Part shown: piece by piece, positions 34,607 to 48,168 of the stretch
How positions within the stretch are numbered: position 1 is the stretch's first letter
How the letters are laid out: the number at the start of each line of letters is the position of its first letter
DNA from: Hypanus sabinus
Lineage: Eukaryota
Assembly (NCBI RefSeq): GCF_030144855.1
Contig: NC_082722.1
Span: forward strand, 1,674,001-1,738,000
Reading direction: 5' to 3'
DNA length: 64,000 bases
The notes under the pieces: generated by a model
Database searches by the model: none
Told to the model about the DNA's origin: nothing
What the model saw: the letters and a program-made list of their open reading frames with translations, nothing else
Program-made: the position numbers and the translations under genes

Positions 34607-34691
34607 AAAGGCTTACAGGACCCTGTTGATTGGACATAGAGTGGCTGCCTCGTCCACTCTATGTCCACTCAACAGGGTCCTGTAAGCCTTT
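34607..34691. repeat. 85-nt near-perfect inverted repeat (38-bp arms, 1 mismatch, 9-nt loop)
   Basis: aaaggcttacaggaccctgttgattggacatagagtgg-ctgcctcgt-ccactctatgtccactcaacagggtcctgtaagccttt. Confidence 0.95.
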
Positions 34692-35267
34692 GGGAAGTCT
34701 AATGGTTTTCTGGCTAGAAGGAGAGGACACCAAGTCAGAATAGATATTTTATACGTTAATATTATACAAGAACAAATGTTTAATTAATGTTGTTATTGGG
34801 TGATGGTATTTGGATTGCGGACTACAAAGTTCTAAACTCAAAGGAATAATTTAAGCCTTATCTAATAGAGATAAAGCTATGAGTACCCTCACATAGGCAG
34901 GTTATTCTGTAGACAGCTGCTCTTAGCTTGCTGCTAGTTCTTTTCGCTGCTAGTTCACTTCCGTGTTAATCTTCAACGTCGTGTTTAGCTGCTACTACCC
35001 ACATCTCTCCCTGCCAATGAGGAGATACTTCCATGAACTGAATAAGGATTTTGCATTATCTTCAGTGGGGAAGGCACTAGCAATATAGTGGATATTCTGG
35101 TTGTCAGGTAGCATGGAGTGTGGGGAGCTACGATAACTAGAGAAAAGGTTCCTGGGAAACTGAAATGTGTGAAGGCAGACAAGTCAACTGGATCAGATGA
35201 CGTGCACTTCAGAGTTCTGAAAATGAAGGCTGAAGAAATCGTGTAAGCATTAGTAATGATTGTCCAC

Positions 35268-36077
35268 TGTTACGATCCGGCAACAATGAATATAGAATTG
35301 AGACAGGTTTTTTATAAACAAATAAAACATTTATTTAAAACTCCGCTCAACGAAAATGAAAAGTAAACAAACGACTAACTTAACTGGAAGTTAACTGCTA
35401 TATGGCAACTCGAACAATTCTTAAAGCAATAAATGCAAACTCAGTTCTTAAAGTGGTAAGTACGGAAGTCCAAAATGATTTATACAGTCAGTTAGGAGAG
35501 ACTTTCCTGAAGTAACAAATTCCTCGACGACGTGACGTTACTGCTGATCCCAGCCGAAGTATACTTTGCCTGAAGGATTCACGATGAAGGAAGTAAAACG
35601 GTTTAAAGGCACTGACCTTTCCTTGGCGAATACCGCTGTGTTCAGCCCTTTCTGCTTTCACAATGCAGGGGCTATCTTGGATGCAGGTTACTATCTTTTG
35701 AATGAGGATTCAATGAGGTTGATCCTGTACTACCTCTGATGACACCAACTTTACTCGATCCTTCGGGTTTTCTGTACTTCAATAAATTCTTCACTTTCTA
35801 ACTGAACTAAAACTGGCAGTGTTGTGCGAGACTTCCGGCATTAACCTTTGGGACTTAAGGCAGACAGTACAACTCCACTGTAAAACAAAACTGAGTCATG
35901 AGACGAATATGCAGCATAATGGAGTCACTGACGAATTAAACAGCAAACTGACCTGCAACACAGCAAGGCTTTCCCGTTTTATACCTGTTGAAACAGGCTA
36001 TCAGATGACCTCTCACTGGCGGGAAAATTACATCACAGTCATAAGACAGTCACAAGATACCAAAGGGGTATGTAACA
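35268..36077 (-). repeat. 3' LTR of the Gmr1-like element (810 bp)
   Basis: TGTTAC...GTAACA perfect terminal inverted hexamer; aligns by eye with 44520-45047 plus 47426-47720. Confidence 0.9.
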
Positions 36078-38732
36078 CCTCACTCCAAAAGAAAAAAATC
36101 TGTCAAGAGCAAAATTTTAACAATTAACTATTTACAAAAAAATAAAAATGTATGAAATTTACAACAAACACAGTATATACAGTATTATCATACAACACCT
36201 TACAAATTACTATACAGTAGAGTGTTACAAATGTTAAAATATCACTCCATAAAAATACATTGTACATTCAACATCTAGATAGACAATCAGCAATCACATT
36301 ATCTTTGCCTTTAAGATGTTATCAACATATTGTACCCCAGTAACATCAAACCTTTGTTGCAAAATTGGTGTTTGAATTATTTAATTATCCATTTTCTTTA
36401 ACCAAGCCCGGACCTACAGTATAACCAAGGTACGTCACAGTGGCCTGCCCAAATTCACTTTTAGCTAGGTTAATAGTTAAGTTAGCTTTTGAAATCCTAT
36501 AAAATAGTTTCTCCACCGCAATAATATGTGCTTCCTAAGTACAATTTCCTGTTACTAAATCGTCAATATAGGCATCTGTATCTTTTAACCCTTGAATCAC
36601 ATAATATTTAGCTTGTAAAGGATTCGTTTGCACCGGAAATAGAACCAACACCTTATCTCCAGGCTTAAATATCCTCATCCTAGTTTCTTTATCATACCAG
36701 GTTTGCATTTTCTCCTGAGCCGATTTAAAGTTTTCCATGGCTGAGGACAATCTGTCCTTAAATTTTAAAACATAATCCAGCAAATTAGTGTGTACCTCTT
36801 TATTAATCCATTGTTCTTTTAATAAGGCCAAAGTTCTTCTAACTCTATGCCCAAATACAAGTTCAAATAGAATAAAACCTAATGATTCCTATACTGATTT
36901 CCGTACTACAAATACATCTTAGTATCTGCCCTCATCCCAATCATGTTCATTTTCCACACAATATGTCCCAGTCATAGTCTTAAGGATAGAATGAAACCTC
37001 TCCAAGGATCCTTGCTATCCTGGATGGTATGCAGACGAGGTATCTACTTAGCTCCCAGTTTATTAAATATCTGTTGAAACAATCCAGACATAAAATTACT
37101 ACCTTGATCAGATTGTATTTACTTTGGCAACCCAAAATAAGTAAAGAATTTTATAAGAGCTTTTGTTACAGTTTTAGTCGTTATATTCCTAAGTGGTACT
37201 GCCTCTGGAAACCTAGAAGCAGATCACATGACAGTGAGCAAGTACTGATGGTCAGTCTTTGTTTTTGGTAATGGGCCTACAATATCTATAATGATTTTGG
37301 AAAACGGTTCACCGAATGTGGGAATGTGGGAATTGTGGGGCCACTGGAGTAACTTGATTAGGTTTACCCACAATTTGGAAAGTATGACACGTTCTGCAAA
37401 ACGTTGCCACATCTATTCTCAAGCCAGGCCACTAAAAATGTTTAAAAACCTTGTCCACAGTTTTCTTCACCCCTTGATGACCACCCAAGGGCACACGATG
37501 AGCTAAAGTTAAAATCTCGTTTCGATAAACTTTAGGAACTACTACCTGGTGAACAACCTTCCATTTATCACTTGTAGGAACTCTGGGCGATCTCCACTTA
37601 CTCATTAATACTCCTTTCTCAGAATAGTATTCTACTGGCACATTATCAATTTCACTATCTGGAAGAGCTTGTTCTTTGAATTTGATAAACTCAATATCTC
37701 TATTCAACTCCTTCCGAGACGGAGACAAATCTTCTGGGTTACACCTACTCCAAGAATCTTGTTCAAACAACGAAAGTAAGAAAGTTTCTGACGCATTCTC
37801 AAAATTCGAATACCGAGCTGAACAGTCATGGGTAACAACCTCATTCTGCACTTCAGAGTTTTAGCCATCGCTCGAGTTACAACACAGGAGGAATCTGTGT
37901 TTGAATCCATCCGTGGTTCCTCTGACTTAGTGTCAAATTCACTTCTGGAAAAATCTTGTCCATCTGCCAAGATATTTCATGACAATAAAGAAACATAATT
38001 TACGTGTAATCTAGTTTGCAGTCCTATTGTAACAAGTCCTGTAACTAACCCTGACCTTAAATTTACCCTATGCAAATGTACAGGCATAAGGGCACTCCCA
38101 ACACCTCGTATATAGCTTGCCTCACCAGTGTCAGACTCATCATTAGACTTTAACACACCGTCTAACATCAGTGATTGAGAAGCTCCAGCATCCCTAAGGA
38201 TTTTTATTGGCACCAGAGTAGATCCTTCTTTCAAAGATACAAATCCATCAGTTATAAAATGATCATATCCCCTCTTAACTTGGTCAGACTCTAACAAAGC
38301 TTCATCTGTATTTATCAAACCCTGTGAATTTACAGGTGTTTCAATATGTTGCATCTGGGACTACTTCCTTCTCCTTCTTCTTCAATCGGAAACAGTTAGC
38401 TATTACGTGACCAGGTATTTTACAATAATTACAAATGGGACCAAAATGTCTTTCCTTCACAGATTTTCCTTCCTCCTTACCTTTCTCACTAACTTCTGAT
38501 TTAATTTCTTCTTTACCTTGACTCTCTGTGCTATTTTTCCTGTTAAAAGTTCTGCCCTGAAGAAACTTATTCTTGTGGATTAAAGCATACTCATTAGCTA
38601 ATTTAGCAGACTCCTACAATGTAGCAGTGTCCCTCCCATTTAACTATGGTCTTACTTCAACAGGGATGCTCCTTTTAAATTCCTCCATTGAAATCAACTC
38701 TTTCAATTTATTATAGTCCCCATTTACATTTT

Positions 38733-39963
38733 TATATAACCATATAACGATTACAGCACGGAAACAGGCCATCTCGGCCCTTCTAGTCCGTGCCAAACGC
38801 TTACTCTCACCTCGTCCCAGCTACCTGCACTCAGCCCATAACCCCCCATTCCTTTCCTGTCCATATACCTATCCAGTTTTGTAATGACAAAATCGAACCT
38901 GCCTCTCCCACTTCTACTGGAAGCTCTTTCCACACAGCTACCACTCTCTGAGTAAAGAAGTTTTTGGAGGAAACCCACGACTGTGCTGCAACACACAGCT
39001 CAAATCACATCATCAAGTTCGCAGATGACACAACCGTGGTGGGTCTCATCAGTAACAACGACGAGTCAGCTTACAGAGAGGAGGTGCAGCGGCTAACGGA
39101 CTGGTGTAGAGCCAACAACCCGTCTCTTAATGTGAACAAAACAAAAGAGGTGGTTGTTGACTTCAGGAGGGCACGAAGCGATCACTCCCTGTTGAACATC
39201 GACGGCTCCTCGGTAGAGATCGTAAAGAGCACCAAATTTCTTGGTTTTCTACTGAAGGAGAATCTCATCTGGTCCCTCAACACCAGCTCTATAGCAAAGA
39301 AAGCCCAGCAGCGTCTCTACTTACTGCGAAGGTTGAGGAAAGTCCATCTCCCAGCCCCCATCCTCATCACATTCTACAGGGGTTGTACTGAGAGCATCCT
39401 GAGCAGCTGCAACACTGCCTGGTTCGGAAATTGCACCATCTCGGATCGCAAGACCCTGCAGCGGATACTGAGGTCAGCTGAGAAGATCATCGGGGTCTCT
39501 CTTCCCGCCATCACGGACAATTACACTACACGCTGCATCCGAAAGGGAAACAGCATTATAAAGGACCCCACGCACCCCTCATACAATCTCTTCTCCCTCC
39601 TGCCGTCTGGGCAAAGGCTCCGAAGCATTCGGGCTCTTACGACCAGACCAAATAACAGTTTCTTCCTCCAAGCTATCAGACTCCTCAATACCCGAAGCCT
39701 GGACTGACACTTTTCCCTAGTGTCCTGTTTATTATTTATTGTAATGCCGATACTGTTTTGTGCACTTTATGCAGTCCAGTTTAGGTCTATGGTCTAGTGT
39801 AGCTTTCTCGTGGTTTTTTTTTTATTACGTAGTTCAGTCTAGTTTTTTTGTACTGTGTCACGTAAACTATGGTCCTGAAAAACGTTGTCCCATTTTTACT
39901 ATGCACTGTGCCAGCAGTTATGGTCGAAATGACAATGAAAGTTGACTTGACTTGACTTGACTT
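38733..39963. mobile_element. Composite insertion in Gmr1 gag: - strand CR1 3' end (38733-38962) joined 5'-to-5' to a + strand Rex1-type 3' segment (about 38971-39963)
   Basis: CR1 tail (tataaccatataacgattacagc) faces left. ORF 38964-39707 ([39 protein letters not shown]) ends in an (ACTTG)n tail facing right. Confidence 0.85.
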
Positions 39964-40588
39964 CACCGTAGGCAAATTCCACATAGGTGTTTTCCACGAT
40001 TTCTTCAAATTTCTGAATCTTTCTCTATATGCTTCCAGAACCAGTTCATACGATATCACAATATCATAATTAAATGCTTGCTCAGCAGTTAAAGCTGTAT
40101 AAACTTGCTGTGCTTTGCCTTTAATTACACTCTGTAACATCACTGGTCATTTCTCTTTCGGCCATTCTGAAATCAGAGCAACAGTTCCAAAATGTTGAAA
40201 ATATTTCTCTATTTCTGTTTCACTAAATGGAGGAACAAATTTAATTTCCTGACTAACAACAAACTTTTTACTTGAACCAGGGGACAGATCACCAGACCTT
40301 AATTCCGCCATCGCAAGTTCAAATTCCTTTTTTTTATTTTCAGCTTCTTACCGCATTTGTTTCATGTTAGCTTCCAATTGTTTCTGTTTTAGCTCAGCTT
40401 CTATTCTAAGCTTTTCTAACTCTAACTATTCCAGGTGTAACTGGATCGCTGCTTTACTCACAGAGAAAGTATTTAACACCGCTTCATCAAAAAGACCCGA
40501 ATTTATATAGTGTTCCGCGATTTTCCTCAGAAGTGCAGGCTTTGTTGTAACCATCGAAATACCCCTAAGTTCCTACCTGCTAGCAATC

Positions 40589-43500
40589 ATATAACGATTA
40601 CAGCACGGAAACAGGCCATCCTGGCCCTTCTAGTCCGTGCCAAAAGTTTACCTTCACCTAGTCCCACATACCTGCAATAAGCCTATAACCCTCCATTCCT
40701 TTCCTGTACATATACCTATCCAATTTTTTTAATAACAAAATCCTACCTGCCTCTATCACTTCTACAGGAAGTTCATTCCGCGCAGCTACCACTCTCTGAG
40801 TAAAGAATTTCCCCAGCGTGTTACCCCTAAACTTTTGCCCATTAATTCTCAACTCATGTCCTCTTGTTTGAATCTCTCCTGCTCTCAATGGAAAAAGCCT
40901 ATCCACGTCAACTCTATCTATCCCCCTCATAATTTTAAATACCTCTATCAAGTCCCGCCTGAATCTTCTACGCTCCAAAGAATGAAGACCTAACTTGTTC
41001 AACCTTTCTCTGTAACTTAGATGCTGAAACCCAGGTAACAGTCTAGTAAACTTCCTCTGTACTCTCTCTACTTTTTGAAATTTTTCCTATGATTCGGTAA
41101 CCAGAACTGTACACAATACTCCAAATTTAGTCTCACTAAGGCCTCGTACAATTTTAATATTACATCCCAACTCCTTTACACAACGTTCTGATTTAAAACG
41201 TTCATCATACCAAAAGCATTCTTTACCATCTTATCCACATGAGATTCCATCTTCAGGAAACTATGCACGATTATCCCTACATCACTCTGTTCTATTCCAT
41301 TCCCTAATGCCCTACCATTTGCCATGTATGTCCTATTTTGATTAGCCTTACAAAAATGTAGCATTTCACACTTATCAGCATTAAAAGCCATCTGCCATCT
41401 TTCAGCTCACTCGTCTAACTGGCCTAAATCTCTCTGCAAGCTTTGAAAACTTACCTCATTATCCACAACGCCACCTAACTTAGTATCATCTGCATACATT
41501 AATGTATATGACAAACAACATTGAACCCAGTACAGATCCCTGTAGCACTCCACTAGTCACCGGCCTCCAACATGACCAACAGTTATGCACAACTACTCTC
41601 TGGCATTTCCCATCCTGCCATTGTTGAATCCATTTTACTACTTAAATATTAATACCTAATGATTGATCCTTCATAAATAACTTTCCGTGTGGAACCTTGA
41701 CAAAGACCTTACGGGAGTCCATATAGACACAGTCCACTGGTTTACCCTCAACAACTTTCCTAGTAACCTCTTCAAAAAAATTCAAACTGCTTTCCATTAA
41801 TTTACCCACTACTGACGTCAAACGTACAAGCTGATAATTTCTAGGTTTACTCTTAGAACTCTTTCTAAACAATGGAACAACATGAGCAATGAGCCAATAC
41901 TCCGGCACCAGACCAGTTTCCAATGACTTTTGAAATATATCTGTCAGAGACCCTGCTATTTCTATACGACTTTCCATCAAGGTCCTAGGGAACATTCTGT
42001 CAGGATCAGGAGACTTATCCACTTTTATATTCTTTAGACGTGCCAGTACTTCCTCTTCTTTAATTATCATAGTTTCCATGACTACCCTTACCTTACACAA
42101 TTCAATATCCTTCTCCTTAGTGAATACCGAAGAAAAGTAATTGTTCAAAGTCTCCCCCGTCTCTTTTGGCTCCACACATAGCTGTCCACTCTGATTCTCT
42201 AAGGGACCAATTTTATCCCTCACTATCCTTTTGCTATTAATATAACTGTAGAGACCCTTTGGATTTATTTTCACCTTACTTGCCAAAGCAACCTCATATC
42301 TTCTTTTAGCTTTTCTAATTTCTTTCTAAAGATTCTTTTTACATTCTTTATATTCCTCGAGCACCGCATTTTCTCCATGCTGCCGAGATATATTGTAAAT
42401 CTCTCTCTTTTTCCGAACCAAGTTTCCAATATCCCTTGAAAACCATGGCTCTCTCAAACTTTTACCTTTCCCTTCAATCTAACAGGTACATAAAGATTCT
42501 GTACCCACAAAATTTCACTTTTAAATTCCATTTATTTCTCTATTACATCCTCTCATAAAACAAATTGTCCCAATTCGCTCCTTCTAAATCCTTTCGCATC
42601 TCCTCAAAGATAGCCTTTCTCCAAACAAAAGTCTCAACCCTGGGTCCAGTCCTATCCTTCTCCATAATTACATTGACACTAATGTCATTGTAATCACTGG
42701 ACCCGAATTGCTCCCCAACACATACCTCCGTCACCCGACCGATCTCATTACCTAACAGGACATCCAACTCCACCCTTCTCTGGTTGATTCCTCTATGTAT
42801 TGCTGCAAAAATATATCCTGCACACATTTTGCAAACTCCAAACCACCCACCCCTTTTTACAGCATGGGCTTCCTAGTCTATGTGTGGAAAATTAAAATCT
42901 CCCACAATCACAACCTTGTGTTAGCTACAAATATCTGCTATCTCCTTACAAATTTGCTCCTCCAATTCTCGCTCCACATTAGGTTGTCTATAATACACCC
43001 TTATAAGTGTTACTACGGCTTTCCCATTCCTCAGGTCCAACCAAATAGCCTCCCTAGACGAGCCCTCTAATCTAACCTGCCAAAGCACCGCTGTAATATA
43101 TTCTTTGACAAGCAATGCAACACCTCCCCCTCTTGCCCCTACGATTTTATCACACAGTAAGCAAAGAAATCCAGAAATATTTAGTTACCTATCACACCCC
43201 TCCTGCAAGCATGTTTCACTAATAGCTACAACATCATATTTCCAGGTATCAATCCATGCTCTAAGCTCACCCACCTTTCTTACAATGCTCCTAACATTAA
43301 AGTAGATGCATTTAAGAAACTCTCCACCTCTTATTCTCTGTTTATCCCTAATGGTGCAAACAACTTTATTATATTTTTCTTCCTTCTCCTCTACATCTTC
43401 GGTTTGAGCGCTCCCCTTCTCTGTCACCTACCTTTCGTCACTCACACACCGTTTACGAGCTTTCTCTATTTGTGAACTAACGTCCTCTCTCCGAGTCTCT

Positions 43501-44328
43501 TCAATTTGATTTCCATCCCCAACCATTCTAGTTTAAAGTCTCCTCAGCAGCCTTTGCAAATTTCCTCGCCAGGATATTGGTCACCCTAGGATTCAAGTGC
43601 AACCCTTCCCTTTTGTAAAGGTCACACCTGCCCCAAAAGAGATTGCATTGATCCAGAAACTTGAACCCCTGACCCCTGCTCCGAACCCTCAGTCAAGCAT
43701 TTACCCTCAACCTCATTCCTTTCCTACTCTCACTGTCGCGTGGCAGAGGCAGTAATCCCAAGATTACTACCTTTGCGGTCCTTCTTCTCAACTCCCTACC
43801 TAACTTCCTATAATCTCCTTTCAGGACCTCTTATTTTTTTGTACCTATGTCCTTGGTACCTATATGTACCACGATCTCTGGGTCCTCACCCTCCCACTTC
43901 AGGATATCTTGGACGTGATCAGGAACATCCCGGTCCCTGGCACCTGGGAGGCAAATTACCATCCAGGTCTCCTGACTGCTTCCGCAGTATCGCCTATCTG
44001 AACCCCTAACTACTGAGTCCCCTATTATTACTGCCTTCCTCTTCCTTTCCCTACCCTTCTGAGTTACAGGGCCGGACTCTTTGCCTGAGGTACTGTTGCA
44101 TCTCCCAGCTAGGCTGTTCCCTGCCCCTACAGTACTCAAACAGGATTACTTATTGTCAAGGGGTACAACCACTGGTGTTCTCTCTAGTACCTGACTCTCC
44201 CCTTCCCGCTCCTAACCGTGACCCACTTGTCTGCCTCCCGTGGCCCCGGTGTGACCACCTCTCTATCATCTCCTCACTCTCCCTGATAAGACGACGGGAA
44301 TCGAGCTGCAGCTCCAGTTCTCTAACAC
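40589..44328 (-). mobile_element. Near full-length decayed CR1 (ORF1 SGNH-esterase part plus ORF2) inserted in Gmr1 gag
   Basis: KRKAVIIGDSVVRGSDR (GDS esterase motif), CIYFNVRSIVRK...DVVAISET (APE endonuclease), DKSPDPD, FDK-like RT motifs, 3' tail at the left. Confidence 0.92.
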
Positions 44329-44519
44329 GCTTCTGTTCCGCCTTCGCTAATAACTCCGGGTCTGGCGATGCCAGAAAGTCTTAAATATTCATTGTTGCCG
44401 AATACTACGCACAAACCAATCAAACAAAAGAATCGGGTATTCCCCTTTACCAAAACAGATCGATAAGTAATTAAATACTTAAGCACAGAAATGGATTCAG
44501 ATCCCGAAAGCCCCCTAAT

Positions 44520-47500
44520 TGCGATGATCTGGCAATAATGAGTATAGAATTGAGACAGGTTTTTTTTATAAACAAATAAAACACTTATTTAAAACTCAGC
44601 TCAACGACAAATGAAAATCAAACAAACTACTAACTCAACCGTAAGTTAACTGCTATACAGCAACTCCAACAGTTCTTAAAGCGATAGATGCGAACACAGT
44701 TCTTAAAGTGGTAAATACAAAAGTCCAAAATGATTTAGACAGTCAATTAAGAGAGACTTTCCTGAAGTAACGAATTCCTCAACGATGTGCCGTTACTGCT
44801 GATATCAGCCGAAGTATGCCTTGCCCTAAGGATTTACGACGAAGAAAATAAAACGGCTTAAAGGCACCGACCTTTCCTCAGCGAATACCACTGCGTCCCG
44901 CCCTTTCTGCTTTCACAGTTCAAGGGCTATCTCGGATGCAGGTTACTACCTTCGGAATGAGGATTCAATAAGGTCGAACTTGTATTACCGCTGATGACAC
45001 CAACTTTACTCTATCCTTCAGGTTTTCCATACTTTGATAAATTCTTGGATTCTTACAGCAGCTTGTTCTGGAGCCTACCAGGGAGAAGGCAATTCTGGAT
45101 CTAGTGTTGTGTCATGAAGCGGATTTGATAAGGGAGCTCGAGGTAAAGGAGACATCAGCAGATAGTGACCATAATATAAGTTTTAAACTGCAATTTGAGA
45201 GGAAGAAGTGAAATCGGAAGTGTCAGTATTACAGTTTTAACAAAGAGTCTATGGATCCATGAGCGAGGAATTAGCCAAAGTTGACTGGAAGGATACCCCA
45301 GCAGGGACGATAGTGAAACAACAATCGCAGGTATTTCTGGGAATAATACAGAAGGTGCAGTATTAGTTCATCCCAAAGAGGAAGAAAGATTCTAAGGGGA
45401 GTAGGGGCCAACCGTGGCTGACAAGGGAGGTCAAGTACATTATAAAAATAAAAGAGAAGTATAGCATAGCAAAGTTGAGCGGGAAGCCAGAGCATTGGGA
45501 AACTTTTAAAGAGCAGCAGAAGAAACTAAAAAGACAATACGGGGAGAAAAGATGAGGTACGAAGGTAAGCTAGCCAAGAATATAAAGGAGGATATTAAAA
45601 GCTTCTTTAGGTATGTGAAGAGGAAAAAAAAACTAGTTAAGACCAAAGTTGGGCCCTTGAAGACAGGAACGGGTGAATTTATTATGGGGAACAAGGAAAT
45701 GGCAAATGCGTTGAACAGGTACTTTGGATCTGTCTTCACTGGGGAAGACACAGACAATCTCCCAGATGTAATAGTGGCCAGAGGACCTAGGGTAACGGAG
45801 GAACTGAAGGAAATTTACATTAGGCAGTAAATGGTGTTGGGTAGACTGATGGGACTGAAGGCTGATAAATCCTCAGGGCCTGATACTCTGTATCACAGGG
45901 TACTTAAGAAGGAGGCTCGAGAAATCGTGGACGCACTGGTAATCATTTTCTAATGTTCTATAGATTCAGGATCAGTTCCTGAGGATTGGAGGGTAGCTAA
46001 TGTTATCCCGCTTTTTAAGAAAGGAGGAAAAGAGAAAACAGGGAATTAAAGACAAGTTAGCCTGACATCAGTGGTGGGGAAGATACTGGAGTCAAATATA
46101 AAAGCTGAAATAGCGGCACATTTGTATAGCAGTCACAGGATCGGTCCGAGTCAGCATAGATTTGCGAAGGGCAAATCATGCTTGACTCATCTTCTGGAAT
46201 TTTTTGAGGATGTACCTATGAAAATGGACGATGGAGAACCTGTGGATGTAGTGTACCTGGACTTTCAGAAAACCTTTAATAAGGTCCCACATAGGAGATT
46301 AGTGGGCAAAATTAGAGCACATGGTATTGGGGGTAGGGTACTAACATGGATAGAAAATTGATTGGCAGACAGGAAACAAAGAGTAGGGATTAACGGGTCC
46401 TTTTCAGAATGGCGTCAGTGACTAGTGGGGTACCGCAAAGCTTGGTGCTGGGACCGCAGCTATTTACAATATACATTAATGATTTAGATGAAGGGATTAA
46501 AAGTTACAATAACAAATTTGCGGATGACACAAAGCTGGGTGGCAGTGTGAAATATGAGGAGGATGTTAGGAGAATGCAGGGTGACGGACAGTTTGGGTGA
46601 GTGGGGAGATGCATGGCAGGTGCAGTTTAATGTGGATAAATGTGAGGTTATCCACTTTGGTGGCAAGAACAGGAAGGCAGATTACTATCTAAATGGTGTC
46701 AAGTTAGGAAAGGGGAAATACAACGAGATCTAGGTGTCCTTGTTCATCAGTCACTGAAGTAAGCATGCAGGTACAGCAGGCAGTGAAGAAAGCTAATGGC
46801 ATGTTGGCCTTCATAACAAGGGCAGTTGAATATACGAGCAAAGAGGTCCTTCTGCAGTTGTACAGGGCCGTGGTGAGACCACAACTGGAGTATTACGTTC
46901 AGTTTTGGTCTCCAAATTTGAGGCAAGACATGGTTGCTATTGAGGGAGTGCAGCGTAGGTTCACGAGGTTAATTCCCGGGATGGCGGGACTGTCATATTT
47001 TGAACGATTGGAACGACTGGGCTTGTATACTCTGGAATTTAGAAGGATGAGAGGGGCTCTGATTGAAACATATAAGATTATTAATGGATTTGACATACTA
47101 GAGGCAGAAAACATGTCCCCGATGTTAGGGGAGTCCAGAACCAGAGGCCACAATTTAAGAATAAGTGGTAGGCTATTTAGAACTGAGATCAGGAAATCTT
47201 TGTCACCCAGAGAGTTGTGGATCTGTGGAATGCTCTGCCTCAGAAGGCAGTGGAGGCCAATTCTCTAGATGCTTTCGAGAGAGAGTTAGATAGAGCTCTT
47301 AAAGATAGCGGAGTCAAGGGATATGGGGAGAAGGCAAGAAGGGGTACTGATTGTGGATGATCGGCCATGATTATATTGAATGGCGGTGCCCAATGGCCCT
47401 ACTCATGCACCTATTGTCTATTGTCTAAATTCTTCACTTTCCGACTGGACTAAAACTGTCAGTGTTGTGCGAGACTGCCGGCAATAACCTTTGAGACTGA

Positions 47501-47720
47501 AGGCAGACAGTAAAACTCCACTTTAAAACAAAACTACGTCATGAGACGAATACGCAGCATAACGGAGTCACTGACGAATTAAACAACGAACTGACCTGCG
47601 TCACAGCAAGGCTTTCCCGTTTTATGCCTGTTGAAACAGGCCATCAGATGACCTGTCACTGGCAGAAAAATTACATCATGGTCATAAGATAGTTACAAGA
47701 TACCCACGGGGTATGTAACA
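44520..47720 (-). repeat. 5' LTR of the Gmr1-like element, interrupted by a CR1
   Basis: Similar to 35268-36077 and ends in gtatgtaaca; resumes after the CR1 at taaattcttcacttt. Confidence 0.88.
45048..47425 (+). mobile_element. 5'-truncated CR1 inserted into the 5' LTR with 9-bp duplication TAAATTCTT
   Basis: ORF2 motifs ([40 protein letters not shown]); ctattgtctattgtc tail; taaattctt at 45039-45047 and 47426-47434. Confidence 0.93.
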
Positions 47721-48168
47721 CCACGAATCACTTAGATTCTGGAATGTTTCTGGAAGACTGGAAACTTGCAAATGCCACTCCACTCTTCAAGAAGGGCGAG
47801 GGGCACAAGAAAGGTTCTTGTCCAGTTAGTCTGAACTGCGTGGTTGGGAAGATGTTGGACTCGATTATCAAAGAGAAGTATCAGGCTACTTCAAGGTATA
47901 TAATAAAGTAGGCTATAGGCAGCATGGTTTCCGCAAAGGAAACCCTTACTGGACAGATTACATACATGATCTCTATATTAATACTTCCTTCAGCCTCTTG
48001 TTTGATTCCACACGTATATGATATTTTTCACATGTCTTTTTACAAACGGTATAAAAGCTTCTGTAGTTATAGTTCCCAAATTCCAGCAATTAATGCTATA
48101 AATCTGCCTTTGTAGCATAAAAATTTTCCAACTATTAACAGATCAACAATTTGATGCGCGCTGTGATA

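Larger units (their letters stand above)
35268..47720 (-). mobile_element. Gmr1-like Ty3/Gypsy LTR retrotransposon (gag-PR-INT-RT-RH order), decayed and interrupted
   Basis: Related LTRs at 35268-36077 and 44520-47720 (the latter split by a CR1), with a 4-bp TSD CCAC at 35264-35267 and 47721-47724. tRNA-Pro-like PBS (agggggctttcgggat on -) at about 44500-44518; PPT-like ggagtgagg next to 36077. Gag C-x2-C-x4-H-x4-C, protease LRDAGASQS, integrase AHRVPLGGHQG / IIIDIVGPLP upstream of RT AYIDDLV. Confidence 0.9.
35030..47940 (+). mobile_element. Old CR1 host element split by the LTR retrotransposon (left part 35030-35267, right part 47721-47940)
   Basis: Left: EKV.GKLKCVKADKSTGSDDVHFRVLK..AEEIV.ALVMI. 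Right continues with ESLDSGMFLEDWKLANATPLFKKG. Confidence 0.8.
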
